A DNA stretch of 64,000 nt, from assembly GCA_032718475.1 (NCBI GenBank), contig JAUCBJ010004480.1:8576-72575 (forward strand), written 5' to 3'. This document shows positions 25,760-36,183 of the stretch, piece after piece. Source of the DNA: Nemertoderma westbladi. Its lineage: Eukaryota > Animalia > Xenacoelomorpha. The stretch's first letter is position 1, and each line of letters starts with the position of its first letter. Under the pieces are notes generated by a model. That model was not told the DNA's origin. It did no database searches and saw only the letters and a program-made list of their open reading frames with translations. Position numbers and translations under genes: made by a program.

Positions 25760-26410
25760 ATGTGCTGTCGGTGCAGGACGAAGAACATATACTGAGTAGC
25801 TGCGAGCATAGAAAGGAAATTATAGGCTTCTACAATGTTTCATCTATGTTAGACTTTAACGGCCTACCGAGTTACGAAGCCGCAGAGCTGGCTTATAAGA
25901 TCAGCAAAGTGTTCCCGTAATAGTTGTATATAGTCTATAACCAACGACTGACAGTATTTAATTTACGACAGTGGTTTATTGACTTGCAGTACTTAATTTA
26001 ACTATTTAATTATCTGAATTATTGCATATTTAATACTTCCGAATTTGACTTTATATTGGCAATTTATTAGTAACCAAATACCTTATATTTGTTTGACATA
26101 ATGGTTAACCGTAATTACATAATATTGTGTATTGAATGTTGATTATTTGACCATATATTAATACAACCTAATTTGGCTTTATATTGACTATTTATTAGTG
26201 ACCGAATGACCGATATTTTGTTTAAATTAACCTTATATTTATTTGACATACTGTTTATAACGATTAGGACTTACCCAGTGTTTATTTGACCATATATAAT
26301 TTACTTACTTATTGATCAATTGTATTTATGTAGACCTATTAATAATATAATAATGTAGTGCTGATGGTAATGTGATCTGGTCTATAATAATAATAATAAT
26401 AATAATAATA
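25760..26410 (+). mobile_element. 3' end of a second LINE family (zinc-knuckle C-terminus, AT-rich 3' UTR, (TAA)n tail)
   Basis: Frame VLSVQDEEHILSSC...KVFP* resembles the EDExH..xC end of LINE ORF2 knuckles. It is followed by a UTR and about 8 TAA repeats at 26385-26410. Confidence 0.6.
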
Positions 26411-28159
26411 CTAGCTATTAACTATTGTTTTATTGTCTATTGTATTAGCTATTAACTATTGTATTAGCTATTAACTATTGTATTAGCTGTTAACTATTGT
26501 ATTAGTGTCTATTGTATTAGCTATTAACTATTGTTTTAGTGTCTATTGTATTAGCTATTAACTATTGTTTTAGTGTCTATTGTATTAGCTATTAACTATT
26601 GTTTTAGTGTCTATTGTATTAGCTATTAACTATTGTATTAGCTATTAACTATTGTATTAGCTGTTAACTATTGTATTAGTGTCTATTGTATTAGCTATTA
26701 ACTAATGTTTTAGTGTCTATTGTATTAGCTATTAACTATTGTATTAGTGTCATTGCAATTTTTCATTGCAGTTCCCTTCTCAATTTGTGACTTAGTTTAG
26801 TGACATTTCCTAGTTTATCATCTTGATAATGCCTTCCGATGCGATACGAAACCTAGCAGTCAGCGGTCTGCCATCATATCAGTCAGCTGATCATTTAATC
26901 CACTCAACATCTAGGTCTCACACTTACTTTTTCTGTTTTATTACTTTTTCTATTTAGTTTCTCTTTATTTTCTATTTAGTTAGTGATATCTATCTATATC
27001 TGTAAGCCCGATAAGTATCATTACAGGCAGCTTCATAATGATAAAATCATTGAAAATGACCACCGCTGCAAAATAAAAAAAATAGACAACATTTCTAAAA
27101 GCCAAGGGCGGTTACCTATTTATTATGTTTATTATAACATAAAATTATTTATGTTTCTATCTTCATATTTTATTAGCTGAACTGTCTGCTAGTGTCCAGA
27201 TGTATTATCAAAAGTTTGAAAAAATTCGTTGAATTTATCCAATGAAATATTGAACAAATTTTTAGTTTGTTTCTGGTTTCTTAGTTTATTTCTCTGAGAA
27301 CGAATATAACCTTAGATTAGTTCTGAATAGCTGTTACTTAAACCTAATAGTACCGGGCTATAAAATGTTGTACAAATACCGGGGAAGGGTCATATTGACC
27401 CCCCCCCCCCCCCACCCCTCTAAAATCTAAAAAAAATTTTACGAAAACGTCTGATTTTTTGTTTGTACGTACAGTAGGTATCACTAGTCTGGATCCGCCC
27501 GAAAAAAAATATTTTCGAAAAAATGTACTTGGGTGGTTATATTGCAGCACCAAAATTACTAGTAGTGTGGAATTATCATAAAATGTAAATGTTTCATTTT
27601 TCGGCAAATTTTTTTTCAATACAGGTTTTCTGGTGCGCAAAATACATTGGAAAATATTTAAAAATTAGATGATTACTATAAATGGCTGTTTAGTCCTCTT
27701 GCGTAGGAAAAATTTTTACAGACAAAATTTTTAATTCACTTATACGATGCTATAAATTCACATTTTCAGGTTTTCTAGGCGCTGATTCTAATGGAATACA
27801 TTTCTAATATGCCAGATAATTTCTACTTGTATTTTTCGGCGTAATTTGGCAATTTTTTGTGCTAGCACCAAATTTCGTACCCATCACCAAAAACGTTTGC
27901 GATGTCCAGTGCTGTTTTTATTGATTCCACCGGATTCAGAACCCTCATAAACCCGTATAACGCAAGAAACAAGATGATACTATTTACTGATCAATTTGCT
28001 TATTTTCCAAAATTTGGTGCTGGCACAACAATTTTCACCCACCGGCGAAAAATACAAGTTTCAAAACTCTTATGAAATTTTTACTGATTCATTTTTACTG
28101 ATTCATTGAATTCAGATCCCTCACAAACCCGTATATCGCAAGAAACAAGGTGACACAAT

Positions 28160-28475
28160 TGTGGCAATAGCGACTATGGTACCAGTACCGGCACTATATA
28201 CTTTCACTTTGATGACGACCGAGAGTCTGACTGTGTCTGTCATCTGTAGATACTTAGGATATCAGTACCGACTGTCCTATCTACCGGTACAGCAGTACTA
28301 TGTTAGGACCTAGATCCGTGTAGCCCAGTAGGCTACCTTTATTCAATATATACTATATATTCATTATATATTATTATACTTATCTGCTCCGGCATATGTT
28401 CCGACGTTACAACATTGCCTGCACGGCGTCCCGTTAACAGGTATGCGGGACCGAGAGTAGATTCCCCCACATACA
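28160..28475 (+). repeat. 5' LTR (316 bp)
   Basis: tgtggcaatag...ccacataca. By eye it differs from the 3' LTR by one substitution (gcggga/gctgga) and a 5-bp indel in a TA tract. Confidence 0.97.
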
Positions 28476-28487
28476 TGGCGCAGTGAG
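28476..28487 (+). promoter_or_regulatory. Primer-binding site (tRNA 3'-CCA complement, probably tRNA-Ser)
   Basis: tggcgcagtgag immediately follows the 5' LTR. The tRNA identity is inferred from recalled Ser-tRNA 3' ends, not searched. Confidence 0.7.
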
Positions 28488-28572
28488 TTTACCGTCACCT
28501 GTGACAGGTAGAAACCTCTACGGGATCTCCAACACTACTAATTTGTTTCCTACGTATTTGTAATTTGGGCCC

Positions 28573-31500
28573 ATGCCGCCTAAATCTAAAGGGAAGCAAA
28601 AACCCACGTCACCGCCCACGGCGGACAGCAGTAGCAGCGACGGTGACGAAACTATAGAAGCCCGAGGCGGCAGTCACACTCCTATCCGGATGGACGACCT
28701 CGCGCGTATTCTCGCCCAACAACAGACTGCTATGGCTCAGCTGCTGGCGCAACAGCAGGAAGATGCCAACCGTCGCCAGGCGGCCGCGGACGACCGCATC
28801 GCTCAACTCCTCGCGGCTCTACAACCCGGCGTGGCGGCGGCCGCCGCACCGGGACCGCCGGCGACCCAACCCACATACGCGGGAGCCGCTACGAACCCAG
28901 CTCCACGACGCCGGGTTATCGACATCTCCGCCATGGAGAAGATCGACGCGGACGTCGACTTCTCCTCGTTCCGCCGGTGGAGACAGGCGTGGAGGGTCCA
29001 CGCCCACCGGCAGCAGGTCGCCACGATCCCCTGGGCGGAGCAGGTTTACGCTCTCGTCGCCGCCCTGGGCAGCGACCTCCAGGAGACCATCCGCGTCACC
29101 CTCCAGGTTGACATCGACTCGGACGAGACGACCCCGGAGACGATCCTCGACGCTCTCCAGGCCCACCTCCGAACTCCGCACCGGGACACCGCCGAACTCT
29201 GCGGCCACTGCCGGGACCGGCAGATCGTTACCCAAATCCTCGTGGGTGTGCGGTGCTCGGAGACCCGCACCGAGCTGCTCAAGGTGCTCCCGCAGCCAAC
29301 CCTCGAGGACTGCGTGCGGATCGCGCAGAGTGTGGAGGCCAGCGAGAGGAACGACTCCATTCTGGCGAGCGGGAAACCGATCCACAAACTCTCCTCCTAC
29401 AAACGCGAACGTTAGGTTTCCCGAACCCCGGCGGCCTCCCGCACCCTGGCGGGTTCTCGCTACTCGTCTCCCGACCCTTCCCGTCGAACCAATGCATCCA
29501 ACAGTTGCGGCAACTGTGGGCGAAACCACGACAAGGGGAAGGACTGCCCCGCCAAGGGTATCACGTGCCACGCCTGCGGCAAGACGGGGCACTTCAAGTC
29601 GGTGTGCCGGTCCAAACCCGCACCCAAATCGTCGAAGGTTTTGACGATCTTCCGACAACGGAGCGTCCACAGCTCGGACAAAGACCGGACCAGCTGCGAC
29701 CTAAACTACATCTCCGTCGATGTAACAAACTCGAGGACCAACCGGTTTATGGGACGGGCCCGCCACTCCCTCCCGGATAGCGGAGCGGCTGCCTCTGTCC
29801 TCAACGAGAAACTCTTCCTTCAACTCGGGGGTCGCCATGCCGACCTCCTCCCGCTACGGGAAGACGACAAGTTCGAGGCGGCGAACCGGCTCCCCATGGC
29901 GGCCGTGGGGCGGTTCCCGGTGGAGCTCGAATACTTCGGGGCGAAGGCGATCACCGAACTGGTTATCTCCCCGGAGTCCGACGGTTTAATCCTCTCCAAG
30001 AGGACCATCCAGGACCTCGACATCCTCCCGCGGAACTTCCCGGCTCCCCTCCGCAGCCGAGGAACCGTCGCCTCCATCGCTCCATCCCCGGCGACCCGCT
30101 CCCGGGACGACTACCTCCGCGAGTTCGACGACGTCTTCGACGACGACTCCGCCCCGCTCCCGATGATGCACGGCCCGCCCATGCACATCCTGCTGAAAGA
30201 CGGGGCGATGCCGTTCCACGTCAACGGCGCGCGACCGATCCCGTTCGCGATGCGGGACGAGGTAAAGGGTCTCCTCGACAACCTGGAACGGAGGGAAGTC
30301 ATCGCCCGGGTCGACGAGCCAACAGACTGGGCCCACCCGATGACAGTGGCGAGAAAACCGGGGGGTAAACTGCGACTTTGCATCGACCTCCGCCACTTAA
30401 ACTCGCAGGTGCGACGTCCCTACTATCCCACCCCGAGTCCACGGTCGGCGGTGGCCGGAGTTTCTTCCACCGCCCAGGTTTTCTCGGTGTTTGACGCCGC
30501 CAGTGGCTACTGGTAGGTTCCCCTGGACAAGGAGTCACAACTCCTCACAACCTTCGCGACTCCCTGGGGCCGGTACCGTCACACCCGCAGCGTCATGGGG
30601 CTCATCTCGTCCGGAGATGAGTTTAACCGGCGGGGTGACGACGCACTCCAGGGACTCCCCAACCTCATCAAGGTTGTAGACGACGTGCTCCTCTACAACG
30701 ACACCATGGAGGAGCACCTGGCCAACGTCGGCCGGTTCATGGAGCGGTGCCGAACCCACAGCATTACGCTGCACCCTGGGAAGGTGCAGTTCGCCCAGGC
30801 CGAGGTTCGGTTCGCTGGGTACCTCGTCGGCGCCTCCGGTATCAAGGCCGACCCGGAGAAACTGAAGGCGATCGCCGCCTTCCCCCGCCCAGGGAACATC
30901 ACTGACCTCCGCAGCTTCGTGGGACTCGTGGAGCAACTCGCTCCGTTCTCCGGCAACATCGCCGCCGCCATATCTCCGATCCGCCCCCTCCTCAGTACGA
31001 AGGCGACCTTCACCTGGACGGGGGACCACGAACGGGCCTTCGAGGCCACTAAACTGGCGCTCACAACCCCACCGACCCTCGCCCCGTTCGACACGACCCG
31101 GGAGACCCGCCTCGTTACCGACGCTTCCCGGCTGAAGGGCCTCGGATACGCCCTCCTCCAGCGGTACGGGGAGGATTGGAGGCTGATCGAGTGCGGCTCG
31201 AGGTTCACCACCGACACGGAGTCCAGGTACGCCATGGTGGAACTCGAGCTCCTCGCCGTCGTATGGGCCGTCCAGAAGTGCCGGCTGTATCTTCTCGGCC
31301 TCCCCCACTTCAACTTGATTGTCGACCACCAACCGCTCGTCACAATCATTGACAAGTATACGGTGGACGCCACAGACAACACCCGCCTCCAACGCCTCAA
31401 GACTAAACTGGCCCCGTACCAGTTTACCACCACGTGGACCAAGGGGAAGGACCACGCCATCGCCGATGAGTTGTCCCGCGCCCCGGTCAATGACCCCACA

Positions 31501-32898
31501 CCCGATGACCTCGTCGACGATGGGGACATGGCGACCTACATCAGGGCAGTCACCCGCCAGTCCGCCGCCGACATAACCGGCTCCGACTCCGCCCACCTCG
31601 CGGATCCCGTCCTCGAGGAACTCGCCCGAGTGGCTCGGGACTACCCGGACTACAAAGCCCTACTCGCGGCCATTGAATCGGGCTTCCCGGAATCCGGCCG
31701 GAAGGAACCGGCGGTTAACATATACTAGTCCGCCCGGGACCAGTTAACTACGGACGGGGACCTGGCCTTGTTTGGCCACCGTATTGTTGTCCCCACACGG
31801 TCCCGGAAATCCACCCTTGCACGCCTACACGCGGCACACCAGGGGGTGGAAAAAACGCTACATCGCGCCCGGCAGTGTGTATACTGGCCGGGCATCACCA
31901 ACGACATCCGGACGTCCGTGGGCGCCTGCAGCGTGTGTCTGGCCTGTCGGTCAAGTCAAACCAAGGAACCATTTCTGACGGAGCCCCCACCAACTCGCCC
32001 GTTTGAAGATATCTCGGGAGATTTCTTCTCACTCGACGGGAAACATTTCCTCGCCACCGCAGACAGATATTCCGGATGGCCGGAAATCTACAGTTTCTCC
32101 GCCCCACCCACCGCTGCCCGGACAACCACCGCCCTGCGTGACTGGTTCGTCCGCTACGGGGTACCAACCCGCTTCCGGTCGGACGGCGGAACCCAGTTCA
32201 CAGCAGCAGAGCTGACCAGCTTCCTGAAAGACTGGGGGGTCACACCGGTCACATCGTCGCCAGAATACCCCCAGAGTAACGGGCACGCTGAATCAGCAGT
32301 GAAGGCCCTCAAGCGCTTACTGGAGAAGACTGGGGGGTCAACGACCTCCGCCGCGTTTCAGGAGGGGCTCCTGGAACTCCGAAACAGCCCCAGGGAGAGC
32401 GGCTTCTCCCCAGCGGACATAGTGTCCGGCCATCCTATGAGGTCGCGCGTTCCGGCCCACCACAGCGCCTTCGCTCGGACACTCCAGGAGACCCGGACGG
32501 AGCTAGACCGAGTGGCGCCGGCATTAAAATCAACCAGGACCGCCCAATATAACCGCGGAGCGAAGGCCCTGGAACCACTCGCGGTGGGCACCAGGGTCCG
32601 GGTTCAACACCCGACCAATAAACGGTGGGAGCGCACCGGCACCATCGTTGAGTCCGGTAAACACCAGAAGTATACTGTCCGGATGCCTTCCGGACGCACA
32701 CTCATCCGGAACCGACGCCTACTTATTCCGGACACCGCCCTCCAGGAGACACCCACGGGCCTATCAACCCCGGACGTGACACCCACAGCCCCCAAACACG
32801 TACGCTGGCGTGAACCCCTCATCGAAACTCAACAATTTGAGAAACTTTCAGTTTCCAAATACCCGAGGCGGGTACGTCAGCCACCCGACCGACTCTGA
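28573..32898 (+). pseudogene. gag-pol in a single reading frame, interrupted by TAG at 29413, 30514 and 31726
   Basis: ORFs starting at 28573, 29602, 30595 and 31768 share one frame. Motifs: PR DSGA; RT LRLCID, FDAASGYW, VVDD; RNase H TDAS, ELELLA, DHQPL; IN H-AAH, CSVC, DFF, SDGGTQF, SNGHAE. Confidence 0.95.
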
Positions 32899-32966
32899 CA
32901 TGAATTTTGATGAACGAATTTTAGCTCGGCACCGCCTCAGACGGCTAACCCGAGCTTGAAAGGGGG

Positions 32967-33277
32967 TGTGGCAATAGCGACTATGGTACCAGTACCGGCA
33001 CTATATACTTTCACTTTGATGACGACCGAGAGTCTGACTGTGTCTGTCATCTGTAGATACTTAGGATATCAGTACCGACTGTCCTATCTACCGGTACAGC
33101 AGTACTATGTTAGGACCTAGATCCGTGTAGCCCAGTAGGCTACCTTTATTCAATATATATATTCATTATATATTATTATACTTATCTGCTCCGGCATATG
33201 TTCCGACGTTACAACATTGCCTGCACGGCGTCCCGTTAACAGGTATGCTGGACCGAGAGTAGATTCCCCCACATACA
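32967..33277 (+). repeat. 3' LTR (311 bp)
   Basis: Direct repeat of 28160-28475, preceded by the polypurine tract (32958-32966) and a small agctcgg...ccgagct hairpin. Confidence 0.97.
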
Positions 33278-35410
33278 ACAATCAATTTATATATTTGATG
33301 GTTTTCAAAATTTGGTGCTAGCACCACATTTTGCACCCACTTCCAAAAAGTACAAGTTTGAGATGTCTAGTTCGATAATTATATGTTCCATTGAATTCAG
33401 AACAGCCATAAACCTCTAAAACGCCAGAAATAAATTGTCACAAGCAATTTTATCTATTAAATGGATCTTCAACATTTCGTGCTAGCACCAAAACTTGCAC
33501 AGAGCACCGAAAAATACAAGTTTGATACGCTTGGTGCAACACGTATATATTTCATCGAAACCAGAGCCCCAAAAAACCCCAATTGCGTAAAAAACAAGTT
33601 TCAAACAATCAATTTACAAAATTGACATATTTCAAAATTTGGTGCTGGCACCAAAAATTGGCACCCGCCGAAAAAATCAAGTTTGAAATTTCTAAATCAA
33701 TTTATATAAATTCCATCCAATTTCTAACACCAAAAAACCGGTGTAAATCAAAAAATAGAGATGTTACAATTCATATTTAATGAAATGTAATTTTCAAAAA
33801 ACGTCTCAAAAAAAGTGCCAAAAGTAGGGTTAAAAAATGGTGCTATAACTCGAAAACTACACAATATTTTTTAAAACGGTTTTCACTACTAGGAAGACAA
33901 TAGATTTTTAGGAAAAGTCATAAAATTTCAAATTCCAAACTGCGTTTGTTTCAGAATTATAATAAAAAAACCACGGGGGGGTGGGGGGTCATATTGACCC
34001 CCCCCCCCCCCCCCCCGGGTTTAATAGGGTTAAAGTGTTACTCACATATGAGACTGAATAAGTATGAATAAGTATAACCTTTTCAGTATAAATATATTTA
34101 AATTTAAACCAACTACAAATAATGAAATAAATAATTCTACATGCAGATATGTCACTTAATTTACGTTATGAAATATTATACTGTATGTGACATTTAAGTG
34201 TCAATCAACCGTAGCAATTACCTACGGATTTCATTCAAGTATTAAAATGCCCTCAAAGCGGTGCAACTCATTAATCGTTTTCGCCAATCAATAACGGTTC
34301 AAAGGTGACAGATAAAATAAATTGATGTTAAACGTAATTTAGTTTCTTTGAATAACTAAAAATTATAATCAGCCACACTTGATTGAGTAGTATGCGTCTA
34401 TGGAATGATTGGACCCAAATCGCGTCGTGGCGAATTAATATCCCGCATCAATGTTAATTATAAATTTAGAGAAAGGAGCAGGTTACAGTGGCACGTTATT
34501 TTAACCAAATCAATAAACTAAACACAAGAGAACAGGTTACAGTTTTATTTTTTAGAGTAATCAGTTGTTATTTGCGCCGAATTTCCCCTGGAGAGGGATG
34601 AATTTGTATTGCGTCGAAAGTCCCCCCTTATCAGTCACTGGGCCAGTATTGTGGAACAGTCTCCCCTCTAGTCTAATTATTAGCAAATCTAAATTTTCAT
34701 TTAAACGTCAATTTAAAACATACCTATTTGAACACATGACGTAACGTCATAATAATACATTACACAATATCTCCCTATATGTCTGGCTCTATCTTATTAT
34801 ATTTCCTTCTCACATACACTGCGACTGGACTGTTTCTTCACTACAGTGTATTGTAAAATGGTTAATTAAATTATTATATTTCCTTGTGATCCTGATCAAC
34901 AATTATTAAAGGTTTATATAACAGTTCTTATTTTATCTTTTTTCAAATATATAATACTTAGTTACATATACAGTACATTTACCCCTGGTCGGTTGGCAGC
35001 CTCGACTAGCCTGGCTATTGCTGCAACCCTTACCAACCCACCGCCTCGCACACTGCATACACATTTTCTTTTTATTCCATTACAACTAAACTGTGCTTTG
35101 GTGATGGTTCTAATTATAACATTTTTCCTATAAATAACAATAAAAAAATTACTGAATTAAATTGCATAGCTAAATAGTGAATAATGATTAATTGTATTTG
35201 TATTTATTGTATCTGAGATTGGATTGGATTGGGACGAGACGGTGGTTTTTAAGCGGCATTCAACTTTGTGTTGGTATTATTGACGAGTTGTAGGCCCACC
35301 CTACCTACCACTACATACAATAACCAAGGGGGCTGTCTATTTCAATTATAATAGATTGTTAAATATGTTGTTGCTCCAGTCAATAATATGCGGCCCCACA
35401 AAAACTCCGA

Positions 35411-35497
35411 GCAGTAAAGTTCCTGGGCAGTAAAGTTCCCGGGCAGTAAAGTTCCCGGGCAGTAAAGTTCCCGGGCAGTAAAGTTCCCGGGCAGTAA
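35411..35497 (+). repeat. 16-bp tandem repeat (gcagtaaagttcccgg), about 5.5 copies
   Basis: Starts at 35411, 35427, 35443, 35459, 35475 and 35491. Confidence 0.9.
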
Positions 35498-35941
35498 ATT
35501 TGATGAGATACTATTGCTATTGTATCTTGGTGCTCTTAATTTATGTTATTTTATTTAATTTGATGTTGCTAATTTCTTCTTCTTCAGACCATTTCTTCAG
35601 ACAGACCAGACCATGCAATCTACTATTGACTTACTGTAATGCAGCGAGCATTAAGAATGCTATGCCGGCTATAGAACCTAATTCACTAACTATTCCAATT
35701 ATTAATCTTATAGCACCTGATTCACTCTGTTCCTTCTTATTCCTCTGTTAACATTCGGGACTTGTATATTTTAACTATTTATTAACAAAAATCGGGATTA
35801 TTAATATTAATATATTAATATTTCTATTATTATAATATTAATATTGGCATATTAATTTTTGATTTATTTGTTCGTTTTAATTATTTATTTAATTTAATTT
35901 AATTTATAATTTATTAATAGAATGTCATTATCTATCCGCAG

Positions 35942-36183
35942 CTCTTGCAATTATTTGCGATGACTATTTCGTTCCGTCCTTGGAAGTTATCTCCGAGACG
36001 CTGAAACTATCCGAAGACGTGGCTGGAGCCACATTCATGGCTGCGGGTTCCAGCGCTCCCGAACTGTTTACATCGGTTGCCGGGGTTACCGTGAAAAGCG
36101 ACGTGGGCGTGGGAACCATAGTGGGGTCCGCCGTGTTCAACATTCTTATAATAATAGCGCTCTCTGCAGTACTAGCAGGCCAG
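35942..36183 (+). CDS. NCKX coding exon 3 (alpha-1 repeat)
   Basis: [44 protein letters not shown]...[14 protein letters not shown]; cag acceptor, gtatga donor. Confidence 0.97.

Larger units (their letters stand above)
22413..26750. repeat. Composite 19/15-bp minisatellite (tattgtattagctattaac / tattgtattagtgtc) split by insertions
   Basis: Blocks at about 22413-22560, 22722-23720, 25635-25750 and 26413-26750 share the same units in the same orientation. Confidence 0.92.
28160..33277 (+). mobile_element. Full-length Ty3/Gypsy LTR retrotransposon, probably Mag clade
   Basis: TG...CA LTRs, 5-bp target-site duplication ACAAT (28155-28159, 33278-33282), PBS tggcgcagtgag and PPT gaaaggggg. Domain order is PR-RT-RH-IN, with twin zinc knuckles CGNCGRNH..CPA...CHACGKTGHFKSVC typical of Mag. 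Confidence 0.97.
27342..34029. mobile_element. piggyBac-like non-autonomous element (about 1.56 kb without the nested LTR element) with ~160-175-bp internal repeats
   Basis: TTAA at 27338-27341 and 34030-34033, ends acctaatagtaccggg / cccgggtttaataggg, and gggtcatattgaccccc near both ends. The internal unit (gtgctagcacca...aaaaatacaagttt...ttgaattcaga) continues across the LTR insertion. Confidence 0.65.

Noticed and set aside
29413-29415. Programmed gag-pol readthrough at the first TAG
   Set aside because: It lies upstream of the nucleocapsid zinc knuckles rather than at the gag/pol boundary, and two more TAGs interrupt pol.
28609-32822. Many long overlapping and antisense ORFs (for example 28819-29670, 30535-31596, 28763-29644)
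   Set aside because: Shadow ORFs of the GC-rich gag-pol frame, with no recognisable domains.
23730-32898. Alternative genetic code (TAG as a sense codon)
   Set aside because: The TAG positions correspond to different expected amino acids, the host CDS has no internal TAG, and the RTE ORF ends at TAG.
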